This document shows positions 62,717 through 64,000 of a stretch of 64,000 nt of DNA, piece after piece. Position 1 is the stretch's first letter; every line of letters starts with the position of its first letter. The notes beneath the pieces were generated by a model. The model was not told the origin of the DNA, did no database searches, and saw only the letters and a list, made by a program, of their open reading frames with translations. The position numbers were made by a program, and so were the translations under genes. Origin of the DNA: Octopus bimaculoides (taxonomy: Eukaryota); assembly GCF_001194135.2 (NCBI RefSeq), contig NC_068987.1:72843288-72907287 (forward strand), written 5' to 3'.

Positions 62717-62858
62717 GTACTTCTTAAATACAGAGGTCCCGACGCATCTAGTGTACGATATAAAGGGGAGGTAACCCAAACCCTAAAACTAACCGTAACC
62801 CTAAAAACTAACCCTAACGAGTGTGCACTGTTCGGGACCTCTGTATTTAAGTAGAGCC
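62717..62858. mobile_element. 142-bp MITE with 9-bp TSD (Mutator-like) inserted in a SINE
   Basis: ATTTTATCG duplicated at 62708-62716 and 62859-62867; TIR core CTTAAATACAGAGGTCCCGA is a perfect 20-bp inverted match; internal AACCCT-like repeats. Confidence 0.7.
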
Positions 62859-63584
62859 ATTTTATCGACCCCCAAAAGGACGAAAGGTAAAGTCTTATTC
62901 GGCGAAATTTGAACTCTAAACGTAAAGACGGACAAAATACTACTAAACATTTTGCCCGGCCTGCTAATGATTCTGCTAGTTCGCCACCCTTTGGGATTAG
63001 ACAATAATGATTTCAAATTTTGGCACAAGGCCAGCAATATCGGTGGAGTGAGTAAGTCGATTGTATCGACTCAGTGTTCAACTGTCACTTATTTTATCGA
63101 CCTGATAAAAGGTAAAGTAGACCTCGGCGAAATTTGAACTCAAAACGTAAAGACGGACAAAACGCCGCTTAGTATGTTGCCTGGCGTGCTAACAATTTTA
63201 CCAGCCTGTCACCCTGTGAGACTAGATAATAATAACAACAATACATAAATATATGATTTTTTTTTTATCGGCGTATGTTTAATGTTTTATGTTATTTAAT
63301 TTTAGTAATTATTTAACGTTATTTTTGGTTATATTAATTTATACAATAAGTTACGCAGAATTCTAGTACCTCGACTTCGTAAACTTTTATATAGTTGCTA
63401 AGGACCGAGCTGATAAAATATAACAAAAAAAACATATTACTTGGAATAGACTTACCGTTGATTTTACATTGAAACCTTATTCGCTGTGTCACAAACTTTC
63501 TAATTAGAAAAAAAGCAATCCGATTGATAGTTAAATAATTAATATATATGATGAACTAGATATATGGTCATAAAAATTTGAACA

Positions 63585-63790
63585 TGTACCCGCCATCTTA
63601 TAAACAAAACATTGCACAGCAACAAGTGACATTGATCGGTTATTTCCGCTCTTTTCCGTTGCTTTCCGCAAGCGATATGCCTATGTAGCTTTACTTTCTA
63701 CTGCTTTTGCTCCTGGCTGACGTAAACAATCATATCTCGTGCCGTTCATAACTTGCATATCATTGAACCAATGAAAACACTTTTCAGAGC
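63585..63790 (-). promoter_or_regulatory. EFCAB7: Probable EFCAB7 promoter / non-coding first exon
   Basis: CpG-richer patch with a YY1-type AAGATGGCGG (63590-63599), several ETS-like (G/A)CGGAA motifs, TGACGTAA and CCAAT, 2.1 kb upstream of an acceptor-preceded ATG. Confidence 0.4.
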
Positions 63791-64000
63791 CGGTTAAGTT
63801 GTTAGAAATAGTAATCAAATCTCGGCATAACTACAGGGTTTTACCCCCCAGACTTTGGGAGGTCATAACTTTCAGAAATATGAATATTTTTTAATGAAAT
63901 TTTCTATGCATATAGTATTTACTATGTAGAATCCGTGTTTTGGAATGGGGGTGGGGGACAATTTTCGGAAATTTCAACAGAGTCCACTTAAATTCTTCTT

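Overview
AT-rich, repeat-dense animal genomic DNA with nine N-gaps. The microsatellite load and SINE families suggest an octopus (inference). Most ORF-track entries are microsatellite or N-gap artefacts. Real content: (1) an apparently complete EFCAB7 orthologue on the minus strand, which I rebuilt by hand as 16 coding exons (61487 to 14305) with GT-AG junctions and phase-compatible joins at every junction I could check (exon 5 runs into a gap); (2) the terminal exon of a plus-strand gene with a CABIT-like (THEMIS/GAREM family) domain at 775-1916, convergent with EFCAB7; (3) many transposon relics: four Tc1/mariner lineages, two Chapaev3-type elements, piggyBac-, pogo-, mariner- and MULE-type MITEs, RTE, CR1 and R4/Dong LINE pieces, a Helentron-associated-like element and several SINE families. 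The best hidden signal is at 6134-7360: a 5'-truncated Penelope-like retroelement between two inverted ~340-bp pseudo-LTRs, each carrying a foldable type I hammerhead ribozyme. A third, degenerate minimal hammerhead lies at ~13971-14014. Homology calls rest on recalled family motifs, not database searches.
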